A stretch of 64,000 bases of DNA from Tubiluchus corallicola. Lineage: Eukaryota > Animalia > Priapulida. The stretch is from the NCBI GenBank assembly GCA_030141605.1, contig JAQGDQ010000118.1, forward strand, positions 186,001 to 250,000, written 5' to 3'. Numbering within the stretch: position 1 is the stretch's first letter; each line of letters starts with the position of its first letter. The position numbers and the translations under genes are program-made. Shown here in pieces: positions 26,214 through 39,470 of the stretch. The notes beneath the pieces are model-generated. The model made no database searches. It was not told where the DNA came from and saw only the letters and a list, made by a program, of their open reading frames with translations.

Positions 26214-28559
26214 GATCCTATTACATTAAGCAGTAAAAAAAGCTCAAAACTACAATGACTTCCTCATTTAAACTCAGATAACCTGTTTCTGAAAGAAATC
26301 ATTTCGTTTGTTAAAGTCATTTAACATAATAATAAATTCCCGATCATTACAGCTACGGAAGCTCATAACCAAATTAGTAATAAGTACTAATAGTAATAGT
26401 AGTAATCACTACTCCCATGTTTTTTTGTAAAATTCATTTCCTTTGAGCGTGCAAAAACTAGCTGTATGGATTTTCGACGTTAACCAATCACTTACCATAA
26501 AATTTGTCGAGCAACTGTAAATAATACATTAACGAATGGCGATAGGGTTCTACAAACGACTGAAATTATTAGATGAATTTATTCAGCATGACGCAACGCG
26601 AATGTAATTACGGATGCATGGGGGAAAATTGATGATAATGAGCTGCAAAATTTCGAAAGCTTTAATTCGTTATAGTTCCTGATAATACATGTAAATGGAC
26701 GAGCAAGAAAATAAGAAAGTTGCATTCCTCTACGTTGTATATGTTAAATTTCAATTTGACTATACATGTTTCAATGACAGAGTGCTAAAATAAATAAAGT
26801 AAATAAACATATGAATTCTTGAATTACGTCTAACACAAAGATTTTATTTTGTTATACAATTTCTTTTTAGCTTGTTAAGATAAACGTTTCAGATTTCGAA
26901 CATTAGGTACAGTCTTGTAATTTAATTGATAATTTCTACGTCCTTGGAAAATCCAATCTCTCCACAGATTATATTAACGGATAAAAAGTAAAACTGTGAG
27001 CAAACCATACACTATACAGTGAAAATGCATAATACCAAACTATGGTTAAACAGCTCAACAATGAAGTGAACTGCAGTGTCGGGAAAAAAATTAAAAAAGC
27101 GGGGTTTCTCTTCATACTTTCTGGCAACTTTATGTATTTTCTTTATCTTCGAGGCGGCTGTGAACAAGTTGACAACGAAACTTGAATCGATACTAAAGAC
27201 CTTTCAGTTCTCTGTGCTTGCATGCAGATCAAAGGAGTCGGAATCTTTTGCAAGTAGACTTAATTAAAATGATACAACTGTTGAGAGAATTTCGCGATAT
27301 TGTAAAAATGCTATTAATCCAGATGCTGCATGCACAGCCGCTGAAAATTACTTTAATTCCGAATTACATGTGCTCAGCTGAAACGAGCCTGCCAGGCTAG
27401 AAAGTGATATCACTGATATATCTATAATTATTTTCTGTGAAGACTGGTAATAAAAAATTAAGATTATTTAAAACAGAATTTTCTTTAAAATAAATACCAA
27501 AGCAGCTTGCATGCATGGGGTTGTAAAGCACGTTATAAAAGCCTTTTATATCAGTTCTTGACCACAGAATTAATAATATACAACTATTATTATTACTAAT
27601 ATTCTTTATTTAAGGTGGATAACACTTTAACCAACAATTATAAACCAAAAGTTATTTCCGAACTGGTCCACAAAATAAAATAAAGGCAAACAACGTATCA
27701 TACAACGTAAGGCCATTTCATCATTTACTTTTCTCAGCTGGACAAAACGACGGATAACACGTAATAGGATCAAAAAGATTGTGCAAAAACTGCATATATA
27801 TGCGCAATTTTTTTCACTATTTATGCTTTCCTCCCACAAGTGTTTTCTGCACTTTTGCACTACCTCAATTGCAAACAGAAATAAAAGGCAACGACGTGTT
27901 AAAAGGATGCATTAGACAGTTACAAGAAATTCACAAAACTGCTAAGAAAAGGCAACAAAAGGTAACATTATCATTATCAGCACGAAAGCTGTTGCCGCAC
28001 GCAGCTTTGCGTATAGTTTTATACTCAACAACAGTACAGCACAAAATATTATAGCGCCTTAAACCTAAGGGCTAAAAGCTCTAACTTTCCTCAACGATAT
28101 TGCATGTATTCTCCACAATACAGTTCTTTTCTCTACACAGCCTTTCAACTTCATGTCATTTAGTGATGAATTACCCAGGTTAAATGAAAGGCTTATAGAA
28201 ACATACTCGGTGTTAAACATTATAATCTTTGTGAGTGTGGATAATATAGACATGAGCCGGGCTCATCCATTACAGCTATAGAAAGAGAACTTTAGATGAG
28301 CAATGAAGGAAAGATAAAGTCCCCGCCGAGTGCAAAGTATTTCATATTTTGCACCAAAGTGTCTCCTATACTATACTTATGGATTTGATATCATCACATA
28401 CAATCAACATTTAAACCAACAAGTTACTTTTTAGCAATATAAAACAAGCTGTTAGGAAGTTTGCATTATAAAGAAACAACAAGCAATTTAATACCAAACG
28501 CTAGTAAAAGTCACATAACCTATAATATCATAACACCATAGATTAATTCAAATGACAAG

Positions 28560-29135
28560 AATAATGACAATGAATAAAAAGTCCCAGTTTTAAAAAAACA
28601 AGAAAAAGAAAAAGAACACAACTTTTCAAACTACCACTGTGGTTTTTCTTTAGATGAACTAAGAAAGGGCAGAAAGGAGAAAAAAATCACAAGGAATCAC
28701 TAGAACCATTGAACTAATTTTTTGGCAGTGAGTTTTTTGCTTTTACTGTTATTGTATTCTTGTGTATAACCTATGATTCCTGTTAGACTTTTAATTAGTT
28801 TCTGTTGTACTCTATTCTGTGCCTATGGCTAGTGTTTTTGTCTGTTTCTTCTGTGTGTTTAATCTGCTGCGTTTCTGTGTTTTTTTCTGCGCGCTTGTAT
28901 GATATCCTTTTTATGTGTTAGTAATAGAAACAAAAAAATTTCCCCAAAAAATTAGTTCTGTAGTGCTAGTAATTCCTTGTGACCTTTCTTCTTTTGCCTT
29001 TGTTTTTGTTCACCTAAAGAAAGTTTTTGTTCATCTGAAGAAGCTTTTTGTCACCCGAAGAACTACATTGTGCTCGTTCTTTTTTCTTTTTGTCTCGTTT
29101 TGTGAGATTTTTTATTTATACAATATTATCGTTTT
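28560..29135. mobile_element. Foldback element with diverged inverted arms of about 190 bp
   Basis: tttagatgaac...tcacaaggaatcactag...gaactaattttttgg (28650-28725) is the reverse complement of ccaaaaaattagttc...ctagtaattccttgtga...gttcacctaaag (28944-29020). Confidence 0.7.
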
Positions 29136-32100
29136 TCGCTCACCGATTATGATATTTGTTTGAAATATTGTAACTTTCTGCGAAGAATTCTACATTCACT
29201 TATAAGTTACTGGTATGTAGCAATGAAATTTCATTCCAAAGACCAATTTTGCGTTATTGGTTATACAAAAATTAATCAACTCAATACAGGAACTTCATGT
29301 TCAAATTCACAATACCTCTAATACACGTAGGAATGAGTTTGTTACGTTGTATATTATATATACCAAAATACCATACTGTTGGCGTACTGACGAAAATGGA
29401 AGCAATTTTACAGTCAATACAACTACAGGCATTTGACAAAATGAATGCTGTTTATCGCCTATAGACCTCAGTGGGCTGGATGCATTCATAATGCGAATTT
29501 AGAACCACAGAAATGCGCACAGATAGAATAACTACAATTGGCGCAGGGAGTTGATTATATTAAACGGCCTTATTGAAGCGTAAAACGCGCAAAGAACTGA
29601 ATAAACAACGCGTTAAAAACGCGCCTTAAACGCGTAGAGTTTTGATGAAAATTTCAGCGTCTGTTCAAGCGTAATCCCTCAATCAAGCTGCACAAGCAGC
29701 ATAACAGTAACTAAATGGATTTCTGGCAATGGATGAAACGAGGCAGAAGTTTCTTTCAGCTGTTGGTGTATGTAGACGCCTGTTCGTTTGACACATGCCA
29801 CCCGCATGGTACCTGCCTCACAGCTGGTAGGTCTTACATTGTAACTATTGCATTAATTTCCACCAAGTCAAATAAGCCAGTCTACAATTCAGACAGCCAT
29901 AATAATCAACGATCTTTGTCCCCAGCGCTAAAATTAATATTTGTTTTATCTTTACTTGTTTTAAGATTTACTATTAATTAATTTATTTTGAAATGTAAAA
30001 GCATCTGTTCTTTATCTTGCGAAATAAACTGAATTAAGTGGAAATAAATTGAACTGAAATGAGTAATAATAATAAAATCTACACATGAACCTTTCTTTGT
30101 CTGAAAATAACGGATCCAACTTCTCTGAGGCAAATATGTAAGTTTAAGATAAATACAGAGCATATAAACAATTAGTCAACATGAGAACGTATTATCCTTT
30201 ATCTCAAATTTTAACTCAAACAAGACAAATTTTACCAGAAGCAGTTGGATAAAAAGTCAATGCACAACCTATAAATTTATCCCGCAAGTTGACAACATTG
30301 GACAGTTTGTCATCCAGATCATCTGGTAGTTGAATAAGACATTCATTTCAATTTAACTTGGATCGGTAAAACTGATTCAAGTTTAAGACCTTCTTAGAGT
30401 TCTTCAAGGACCGAGCACATGTGGTATTTGTATGCCTAGTGGCCTTAACCTCAGGTTCGAGTCAGAATACAGATGCCGCAAATTATTTATTTTAATACTG
30501 TGCCTCAATTCGTATTGTTGCAAGTCGCCCATATTGCAAATAATACTACGTTGCTTGTTAGACCTTAAACAAAATCTTTTTTTCTTTTAAATGTCGAATA
30601 TGATCAATTCAAATCCAGTAATCGTGTTTAAACAAATAGTAAAAAATACTACATCCGAAAGCGCCGACCACGCTAAAAAACACGTGTACATGATGTATGG
30701 GTTTCTGCAATCAACACTGCAGAGTTGCAGATTCGATCACTGCATTATTATAAGCCACCATTATCACTTCACTTGCATGGAAATGAAAAACTTGAATCAC
30801 AAAAATGAACATGGAAATCTAATTTAGTATTCATCGGCGGCGAGATACACAGGCAAGCATCTATTTCCACCGTTTCTAAATTTGCCAGCAAAATCCCGCA
30901 AAACACTAAATATTCATTGAGGCAGCCATTGGAAGGGATTCACAGGCATTCATCGCACCTTAAATCATATCGCGTGAATGTGCTGAATGGCAGATCATGT
31001 ACATCATACAAATTCTAATTCTGACCATGAGTTAATTCGTGCTGCTGTCAGACATGTATCTATAGTTTGCAGAAAAATGATACTGGTTTCGCAAGAAACG
31101 TAAACACAACAACAGCATTGTCGACTATACATGCGGTTTTATAAGTAATTCGTAACACACAGTCCCAGTTTTTATATAGTTCAGCGCTGTACACGATGAC
31201 CCAGGAATTCACAACAGCCCAATCATCAGGGATACATGATAACACTCTAAGATGAGATAATACTGAATAGTCAGAAGTTAGGGATGCATGCTTAGTTTGA
31301 ACATCTTCAATCCTCAATCGACGACAATGTAGTAAAATTCTTAAAGGAAAACCGGAACCAAACCAAACTAAGCTCAGAACAATCTAATCTATAAAATATT
31401 GAAAGGGAACATACTACTATTTTTTCAAGGACGACTTACGCCACAGAATTATTACCACAAAATTTAATTTCGCGTTAACGCTACTAGGTCTTCATGACAC
31501 GCGTTGCACAAAAACAGGTACTGTACCTCCAATTCGGTACTCCAACAGGTACTCAACTAGTGACGTAATACACTCGTTCGAGAACTCATGCGTGAGGGCA
31601 GCGGTAAACTTGAAATTTGAATTTTAAACTTAAAATTTACCGAGTTTTTGTATATCACAATGAACGCCCTACATTAGCACTGCATTTGAATCTTCGCTCT
31701 CGCAAAGAGGTGGAACACACCCATGGAATGTTTCTGTTGTTGAAAATTATGTTCAATTGTGATATTATCACTAGTTGGGTTCCCGTGCAGTTAATTAAGT
31801 TTTTAACCTAATTATTTACTTATTAGAAACGCTTTAACATTATTACAGGTGTTAAAATGTATACTTTTTTCCATACTTCAGAATGGAATCGAATAAGAAA
31901 AATCATCCGACTTTCCTTTAAGTACACTGACTATCATAATGCACGTTAAAGTCAGGCAATCAGTGTTTATACACTACAAATACACACTGTTCTATGTAAA
32001 TGCGTCAGCTGAAAGCTAGATTATAAGTACAGCAAAACGCGAATTAAAACATAAACTACGGATTACGCAGTACGCACTGCAGACAGACTGCATAATCTCC

Positions 32101-33914
32101 CTTCCACTGCTTTTCCTCTCTTTTTCCTTCTCGTATGTACATCATAATATTCGACTTATGCGATAAGATAGATGACAAAACATGGTCACCACGACTTTTG
32201 TACACCTAGGCATACAACAATAATGTATTAATTTTATTGTAACCTATATAATTAAACCATACGGTGATAAAAGGAAATCCTTTTAGACATTGTACTGGAG
32301 TGCGTCTTGGTCAAAACCGCTTCCTCGAAAGAATTCATTCAGCATTGATACGACAACGCTTTGGAGTGGTTTCATTTCACTGTTCATTTTTCCACTGAGT
32401 CAACGGCAACATCAGTAAGGATCAACAAGGGCAGGACGAGGCTGTTCAAATTCAATTAAGTAGCAACAATTCAATCACGCCAGGCTAACAAGAAGCAAAC
32501 CAAAGCAATTGCATTGCCGGCTGACCGACACTCTCTATTAACTTGGCCGATTCGTCTCATTTGCTCGATTCTCAAATCTTCCCCCTGTCACATTCAATTG
32601 AGATGATGATGAGCACGTGACGCCCAGCTCCCCATAATCAGATATAATGTGAAGCCAAGAGCCCGGTGGTGGCCACGGGGAACAAAGAAGCCCTTGATCG
32701 CCTACCAGTTTTACAGAATCGTAAAATGCTATCTTATTATAGACATGCAGTGATATGTGCACAGCGCTTATTCGAGAGTTAATTAAGATAGCGTGGTTAA
32801 GAAAAGCAACAGTGTCCAAGTCGATCAGAAGACACAAATAGCATTTCTGCCTAAATAATAAAAGCACAATTTAGCACGGCCATGTTCACATAAAGTGAAT
32901 ACAATCATGATCACATGTTAGCAGCACATTCTATGCAGGCACATCAATTCATTTTTATTCTTTCTTTAACCAAGCTTTTATTTTGGCAAGAGCAATTGCA
33001 CAGTGCTTGTTTTTTCGTCTTATGTAATCAATTTTTTTACTCTTTCTCCAACTTAATGTATCTTAAATCAATGATGTTTAGCTACTATTTTTGTTTTTAG
33101 TCTTCTTGTTTCACGCCGGTATATACTGTTTTAACATTTCTTCTGTAATTTTTCAGCTGAGGAGGCCCGCTAGGATGAAAGTTCTGTAAGAAATAAAAAT
33201 ATTTATTCCGAGACTACAAGGGCTTCAAGGTTTTTTCTAATAATCATAATCGCTAAAACCAAAATTATACAATCAACTGCTAACATCTGTCTATAATATT
33301 CAAAAACTCGGCTTTTCCACTAAAGGTGTAGTATTGAACATTGTTAATTTCTACTCTTCTTCACTGCATTAGCCTCGTTTTTCCAGATACATCCAAATCC
33401 GTCACGAAAAAAGCTGAATTTATAAATCAAATTTCCGTTATTTTCATACACCACACACGCAGCATTAATCTTCCCCAACCATGACTGTGTAGATTCCATG
33501 CTAGCCGTCATAGATTTACAGCTCCTGAAGACATAAAACGGGGCTATATACGATTGAAAGCAAGCCAGCCTGAGTGTCATAAACGTATGATTGGTACCTA
33601 TATGAAATGGGAAGTAATATAAACTTGGCTAGAAGCGGCAATAAGCCCACAAGTTTTATGATGGCGATATTGTGCTGAGTGTTATCATCATTAACAAACG
33701 ACCTCTAGGAATTAGCTTTTCATGTGAACCTTAAACCAAAGGAATACTTGAACTGAACTACGTGAAAGCGATTCCATTTGCGTTTAGTCATAACCAATAT
33801 AACTGTGACTAAATGACCGCAATGGCCATTTCCACAAGCCGAGTGTTATGAGCGTCCGCAAAATAATTTCCATAATTAGAGGAACACAACAAGAGTTTGG
33901 GCAAAAGCAATACG

Positions 33915-34222
33915 CAGAGCCGAATTATGACCTTTCGGTGTCCCTAGGCTGCGCCCCGCTCATATGGAGCCGCCATCTAACTAGCTCGCACCCGTCGTGA
34001 ATATTTTTTACTCGTGATATACTTTAGTGACATTTACATAGCCTGAAGTAAACTTATTGCAAATTCTATAAATAAACTAGAACGACTATACAATCTTTGC
34101 AAACCAAATTAGCACATAGTTTCACAACCGTAGTGAAAAACAGAATCCTTTATCAAATGTTACTAAAGCTTGAGGGGCCTAAGGCTGGAGCCTATATTAA
34201 CCTATAGGATAATCCGGCCCTG
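33915..34222. mobile_element. hAT-like MITE
   Basis: TIRs CAGAGCCGAATTAT and (reverse complement) CAGGGCCGGATTAT. The flanking 8-mers gcaatacg and gcagcaag match 5/8. Confidence 0.55.
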
Positions 34223-34994
34223 GCAGCAAGGATATACGCTGCATATGCTTGGAACTTCCAAGACGGCCATAAAGTGAAAGGTGTTGAGAATAATACAATG
34301 TGGCATGCAGAGTGAATCTCTCTGATACTCCAGGTGCGAACTGCACTTGACAGTGTGGGAAACAACACAAGTGTGGCAATATTTTTCAGGTAATAAAACC
34401 ACACCACACGAAGTCGACGAATGCAGCATTACAATTATGAGAAACAGCATGATTTTTTATTACATACTTGCAGTGCATTTTGAGGCAAGCTGCTGCACTT
34501 TGAAATACAACACGGACTTTGCAACCACAATAATCACTTTCCCACTAACAAAAGCCATTTTAATAAAAGCTTTGCAAACAACAGAATAAAACTCAACGTT
34601 GGGTCTTGTCACTGCATCATAAGGAATTTCGAATATCCAATTATGATTTTACCCTCAGTAATAATGTCACTACTAGTTTGTTATATAATGTCACTACATA
34701 CCTTGATATATAAAATATTATAGACACATAGGTGTGTATATGTATGTTTTAACGATAAAGCTCCCAGCGATAAACTGACTACTGCTGATATATACATGAC
34801 AAATTACGCGAAACGTTTACACAGCCCAGCCATGTACATATTTACAGGCAAACACTTCTTCAATATCTTTTCCATCTTCATTATTAATAACATATCAGGA
34901 TTAATAACGCATTGGTGAAAGTCAATACTATAGTCATCTATAGAACGCGTTCAACAAAGCCTACGTTCGATACACAAGTATCGAAATGCAAGAT

Positions 34995-35600
34995 ACGTGG
35001 TTCAGTTTCGTTTTCGTCGAAAATTATCGAGTTTCACAGCCGAAATTTTCTGTAGCATTTTTCCGAGGTTTTACTTACATTTATCCAGTTTACCCTGTTT
35101 TCTGTTAGACGTTAAAAATCGCCGAAAAAGCGCTAAAATAGTTTAGTTTTTTGTACCATTTGTAGCATGTTTTTACGGTAATGCGGCGTATCTTCAGTGC
35201 TGACGACTGTGAAGGTTTAAGGTCACCACGCACAATCAACCAAAATATCAAAGCGTAATTTGAATAAAATCAAGTTTAATTTTACAATTTATGAAATATA
35301 GGCAACAAAATATTTACAAAATAAGATTTGTCAACTTTTTTTTAAGATTCGTGGTATTTAACCATAAACAATGTTCTACTTTTTAATTAAGATTTTTTGC
35401 CTAGCTCCTTCATCAAGTTTGTATCAGAGCAAATAAAACCAAACAAACAAAAACAAAGTGTATTTTATTTATTTCCGATTTTTTTCAGTTTTGATAGTAG
35501 TTGGTTTTGCAAAAATGATTTCGGTTTGGTATCGGTTTCCTATGTTTCATAAATTTCTGTTTTGGTTTCGGTTTGTAATTTCAGATTCGGTAACATACAT
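34995..35600. mobile_element. DNA-transposon-like interspersed repeat, copy 1
   Basis: About 100 bp (ggttcagtttc.ttttcgtc.aaaat...gaggtttta...tttatcca.tttacc) is shared with 54805-54903. Right end is ...ttcggtaacatacatg, with subterminal ttcggttt repeats. Confidence 0.55.
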
Positions 35601-38600
35601 GCGATCAACCACTTATATGAAATGGAAAAAGAGAAAAAGTGTTCTGCGGTACTTTAACACCTTTCAAAATCTTCAAATATTTTGACTGACTCAATATATT
35701 TTTCTGAGGTAAGAACTTGGTTCATACAATGTCTTAATGTATTGCAAAACAGTAAGTATTGCATGAGTTGAACATTGAAATACATAGTAGATGCAATGTA
35801 CGCTTGATCTTTAAGGTTTGCTGTTTTTTCTATTAGTCAAAAATGAAGCATTGTACTGTAAAAAGGTTTCACAGTTTGCTCAAATTTTGATTTCGATCCC
35901 CATGCGACAACTGCATCATCTTTCTGCGAAATGCCATATGTTAAGAGTAAGCCACAGGGACGGCCATATCAATTTGAAGCACGCCCTGCAAATTTTTAAC
36001 GCACCGACGGAAATAAGTGATAACTCGTACCGCGGAGATTTGGAGAAAATAATTTCCAAAACTTCATCTATTTCATGCCTCATAAAATGTGCAAACGTAT
36101 GTACATTACATAGTTGAAGCTAGCACTCCGGGGACTGTTAAACAACAAACAACTATTACCAATCGAAAGAGAGAAGACACGTAAAATTGTTTGCAAAACG
36201 CAAATGGGACAAAAAGAAGATTACTCGCACTATAAACCTCATGTCAAAGAGACTCCCCAGAGGCAATTTGTGCATTTATGCCAGCTTGCCTCACATCATA
36301 ACGAAACATATATTCAATTTACTTTTAAGGAAGAAATCAAACAATATACAGTGACTACTGGCCAACACTTAAGTAATGTTTCAAGACAGCCAGCCAGACC
36401 CGCTTCATTTCCATGCTCAGAATTGCTTATTCGCGAACTTCTGTACTTTTCTTGATTCAGATTTTATTAATAGGATCCTTTCCCGCCTTAACGGCTCACT
36501 AATAAGCCACACTTCCCTCCAAGTTCCAATATATTTTTACTGAAGAAGTTTTTGGGGCCTTTGGCCTTTGGAGGTCTTCCACGTTACTTGACGTTTACTT
36601 ATAGCATTTCAATCGTCTCTGAGTAAAGTTTCTACATTTTAAAATGGATGTGGGAATAGGACTGTCAGTCATCTCTAACAATACACAACCGGTGACCTTT
36701 GCAGGAAGATTTCGGTTTCAAAGGTTGTCACTTATTCACCTTTATTAGAATAGGACTGCCGAGTTTGTGCTTTTTTGCAGTTCGGCACACCACAAATTGG
36801 AATAAAATAAATAACGCCAGGTTCCACTAAATTCTTGAAATGACTTGACTAACAAAAATACCCCTACGAAGGAATAGAATGAAAAGGTTCGTGGTAAGAG
36901 ATCTCGTTGACATAAACAAGCAATTTACTTATAAAACCAGTAAGACGTTGCTACTAAAGGACACCTTTACTGTTTCTTTTTTCTTTTCTTCTGGGACGTT
37001 AATTTGATTTTTTTATATTTCATATATTCCTAAATCACTAGATCGACGTGATCCAAGTGGCCAGTATACACGCCACCCCAATAAGATCTTAAATTTTTAA
37101 TTTCATAGTTTCATGGATCAATAAAATTGATACGGTCGGTAAGCTTATCATTTACTACATTTGACTGCCCAACTGTTGGAAAATCGTATGACAAACGATG
37201 TTTCTTTTAAGAAATTAAATGTAACAACACTAACAATGTGAACGGGCAAAATTAATCACGTTTTGAGTAGTATCATTACAGTCAACAAAAAAACATAAGA
37301 TCAACTGCAAAATGATGTTGTGATAATAATATATAGTTTGCAAAGTTAATTTATATGAACTGACACCATCAATTACAGAAGCGACATGCTACTTACCCTT
37401 CTTTGACTAACATTAGAACATTGTTAGAAGCTGTAATAAATACACACTCCCATTGTAACAGTGTGCCTCATGAGCACAATACTAGCCATCCAGCAGAATA
37501 AATGCACAGCACGCATGAATAAACCCTGGCGGGCAATCATTAGCAAACATCTATCCACAATTAGTGGCCAATGATCTCAAGCATACCAAATCTATATGAT
37601 TATTTAATATTAGTGCCAGCAAATTTATGCTATTGATCGTATAATGCGGTGTATGAAACAAGGGGACAAAAGAGCGGTACGGGCGCTAATGGAAATGGGA
37701 GTCTAGCATGGCTTTCACCTTTAAATGGGTATTACTCGTCATTAGCATAGTCACGTATTGGAGAACAACAGCATTCTAGGAATTTATACCAGACGTTTCA
37801 GTTTGCAATTCTTTATTATCAGTGTGTTACGTCATTATCAGTGTTGCAAAAATTGCTATATGGTAAATATTTCATGTGCAAAATGTGGCATCCATTGAGA
37901 AGGAAGGAAGGATTCTTAATCATTTTAATACAGGCGTACTTTTTACATTTTATACACCAGGCAAGTTTGTGCTCCCATTTTTACATTTATCTCTTACGAG
38001 AGTTATCTCATAAAATAATAATAATAGGCAGTAAAAAATAAATGAAAATATCACAATAGTGTCAATGTGGTAATCTTTACACAATTGGTCCTGAAAATTA
38101 ACTTTCCTGTTTATCTCACGTCTTTCTGAGAATCTGCTTCTGTATCTCCACGGAATGATATCTCAGGCCAACAATAAAGCGCATAGTAAGCGATTTAACT
38201 TTGGCGTGCAAATGCATTTACTGGATGCATGAAAAATTTACAACCGGCAAATAATAAAAGGTGAAAATTCAAATAAAACGACGATTTAACTTCGGGGAGA
38301 AGTGGAGATAATGCCTTTCTCCATTTCCCAGCAGGCCGAGTAAATGCAATGGTAAACATTTTAACAATACCCTCAGTTCGTCTCTGGTTTTAATATGTCC
38401 CCTAACAACAAGCTTTGCTTATAAAATATTAATGAGATCTGAGTATAATGTGGGCATTTATTACTTATAAATGTTCTCTATAGTGGATAGCGAGCACGTA
38501 GTGTGTACATAATGTAGAAGTGCAGCACACATTTCAAGGCGTCAGCTTTTGCTAACATCATGTCACGTGACGAAAATTCAGAACCATGCAGCTATGGAAG

Positions 38601-39344
38601 TGCATGGTAGTGTATTGGTAAACGGTAACTGGTTAGTCCTGCTACATTCAAAGCTTTTCGATTCAAAGCTTTTCGACGTGAGGGGGGCTAGTCTTTTCCT
38701 TTTCTCAGTTACCCCTAGTATGATACAGACTACAGGACACACAGACCGAAGGAAACAGTACACGAAATATGCTGTAAGCATCCTGTTACGGTCATAAAAG
38801 AAAGACCATATTGCGGGATTGTGAGTGTGCGTTTCTTTTCCGAGCTGACGTGGCTTAGAATTTTTCTTTAGCGAAATGACTAAAATCAGTTATAAATATG
38901 CCCAATAAGTGAAACTCATAATTTATAATTTATAAACGGTAAATCTGAAGTAAATGAACACAAATTATAATTTCACAATAATTTTATTTTTTTAGAATCA
39001 ACGAACTCTGATTGACAAGTACAAACGAGCAAACGAGAATATTTCACAATAACTTTAACACATCACAATATTACACCAACAAAATCCAATAAATGCTTTG
39101 TATTCATTCTGGCATACACAAAAAGTGTGGAAATTTAACGTAGTATAATCTCTTACTAAGATGACTTAACACAACCGCACTTCTTCTTGATTTGAAGAGC
39201 ATATCAGAACATTTCGATCACATTGTTTCACTTAAAACAAATGTGCACATGTAGTTTTTTTTGTTAAATTAGTATACTTATATGTAAGAACAATTGTAAC
39301 CCAATAAACTTACAATTCTACTACTTTTGCAAGGAAGGAGTTAA

Positions 39345-39470
39345 TAATTTCCACACAATTTAAATACCCTAGCCCTAATCCTAGGCTTAACCCTAACCCT
39401 AACCTAACCCAACCCTAACCCTAATCCTAATCCCCTTCACGAACTAATTCCTTGTGTGTGGGAAATTGTA
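39345..39470. repeat. Degenerate (CCCTAA)n tract inside a small inverted-repeat element
   Basis: ccctaaccctaacctaacccaaccctaaccctaatcc, flanked by aatttccacacaa and tgtgtgggaaatt. Confidence 0.6.

Noticed and set aside
37397-37430. 34-nt minus-strand segment with good splice sites
   Set aside because: It has a stop codon in the required phase-0 frame and no similarity to anything recognisable.
39365-39435. Telomere or chromosome-fusion relic
   Set aside because: The tract is short, degenerate and enclosed by inverted repeats, as in MITE-internal CCTAAC tracts.
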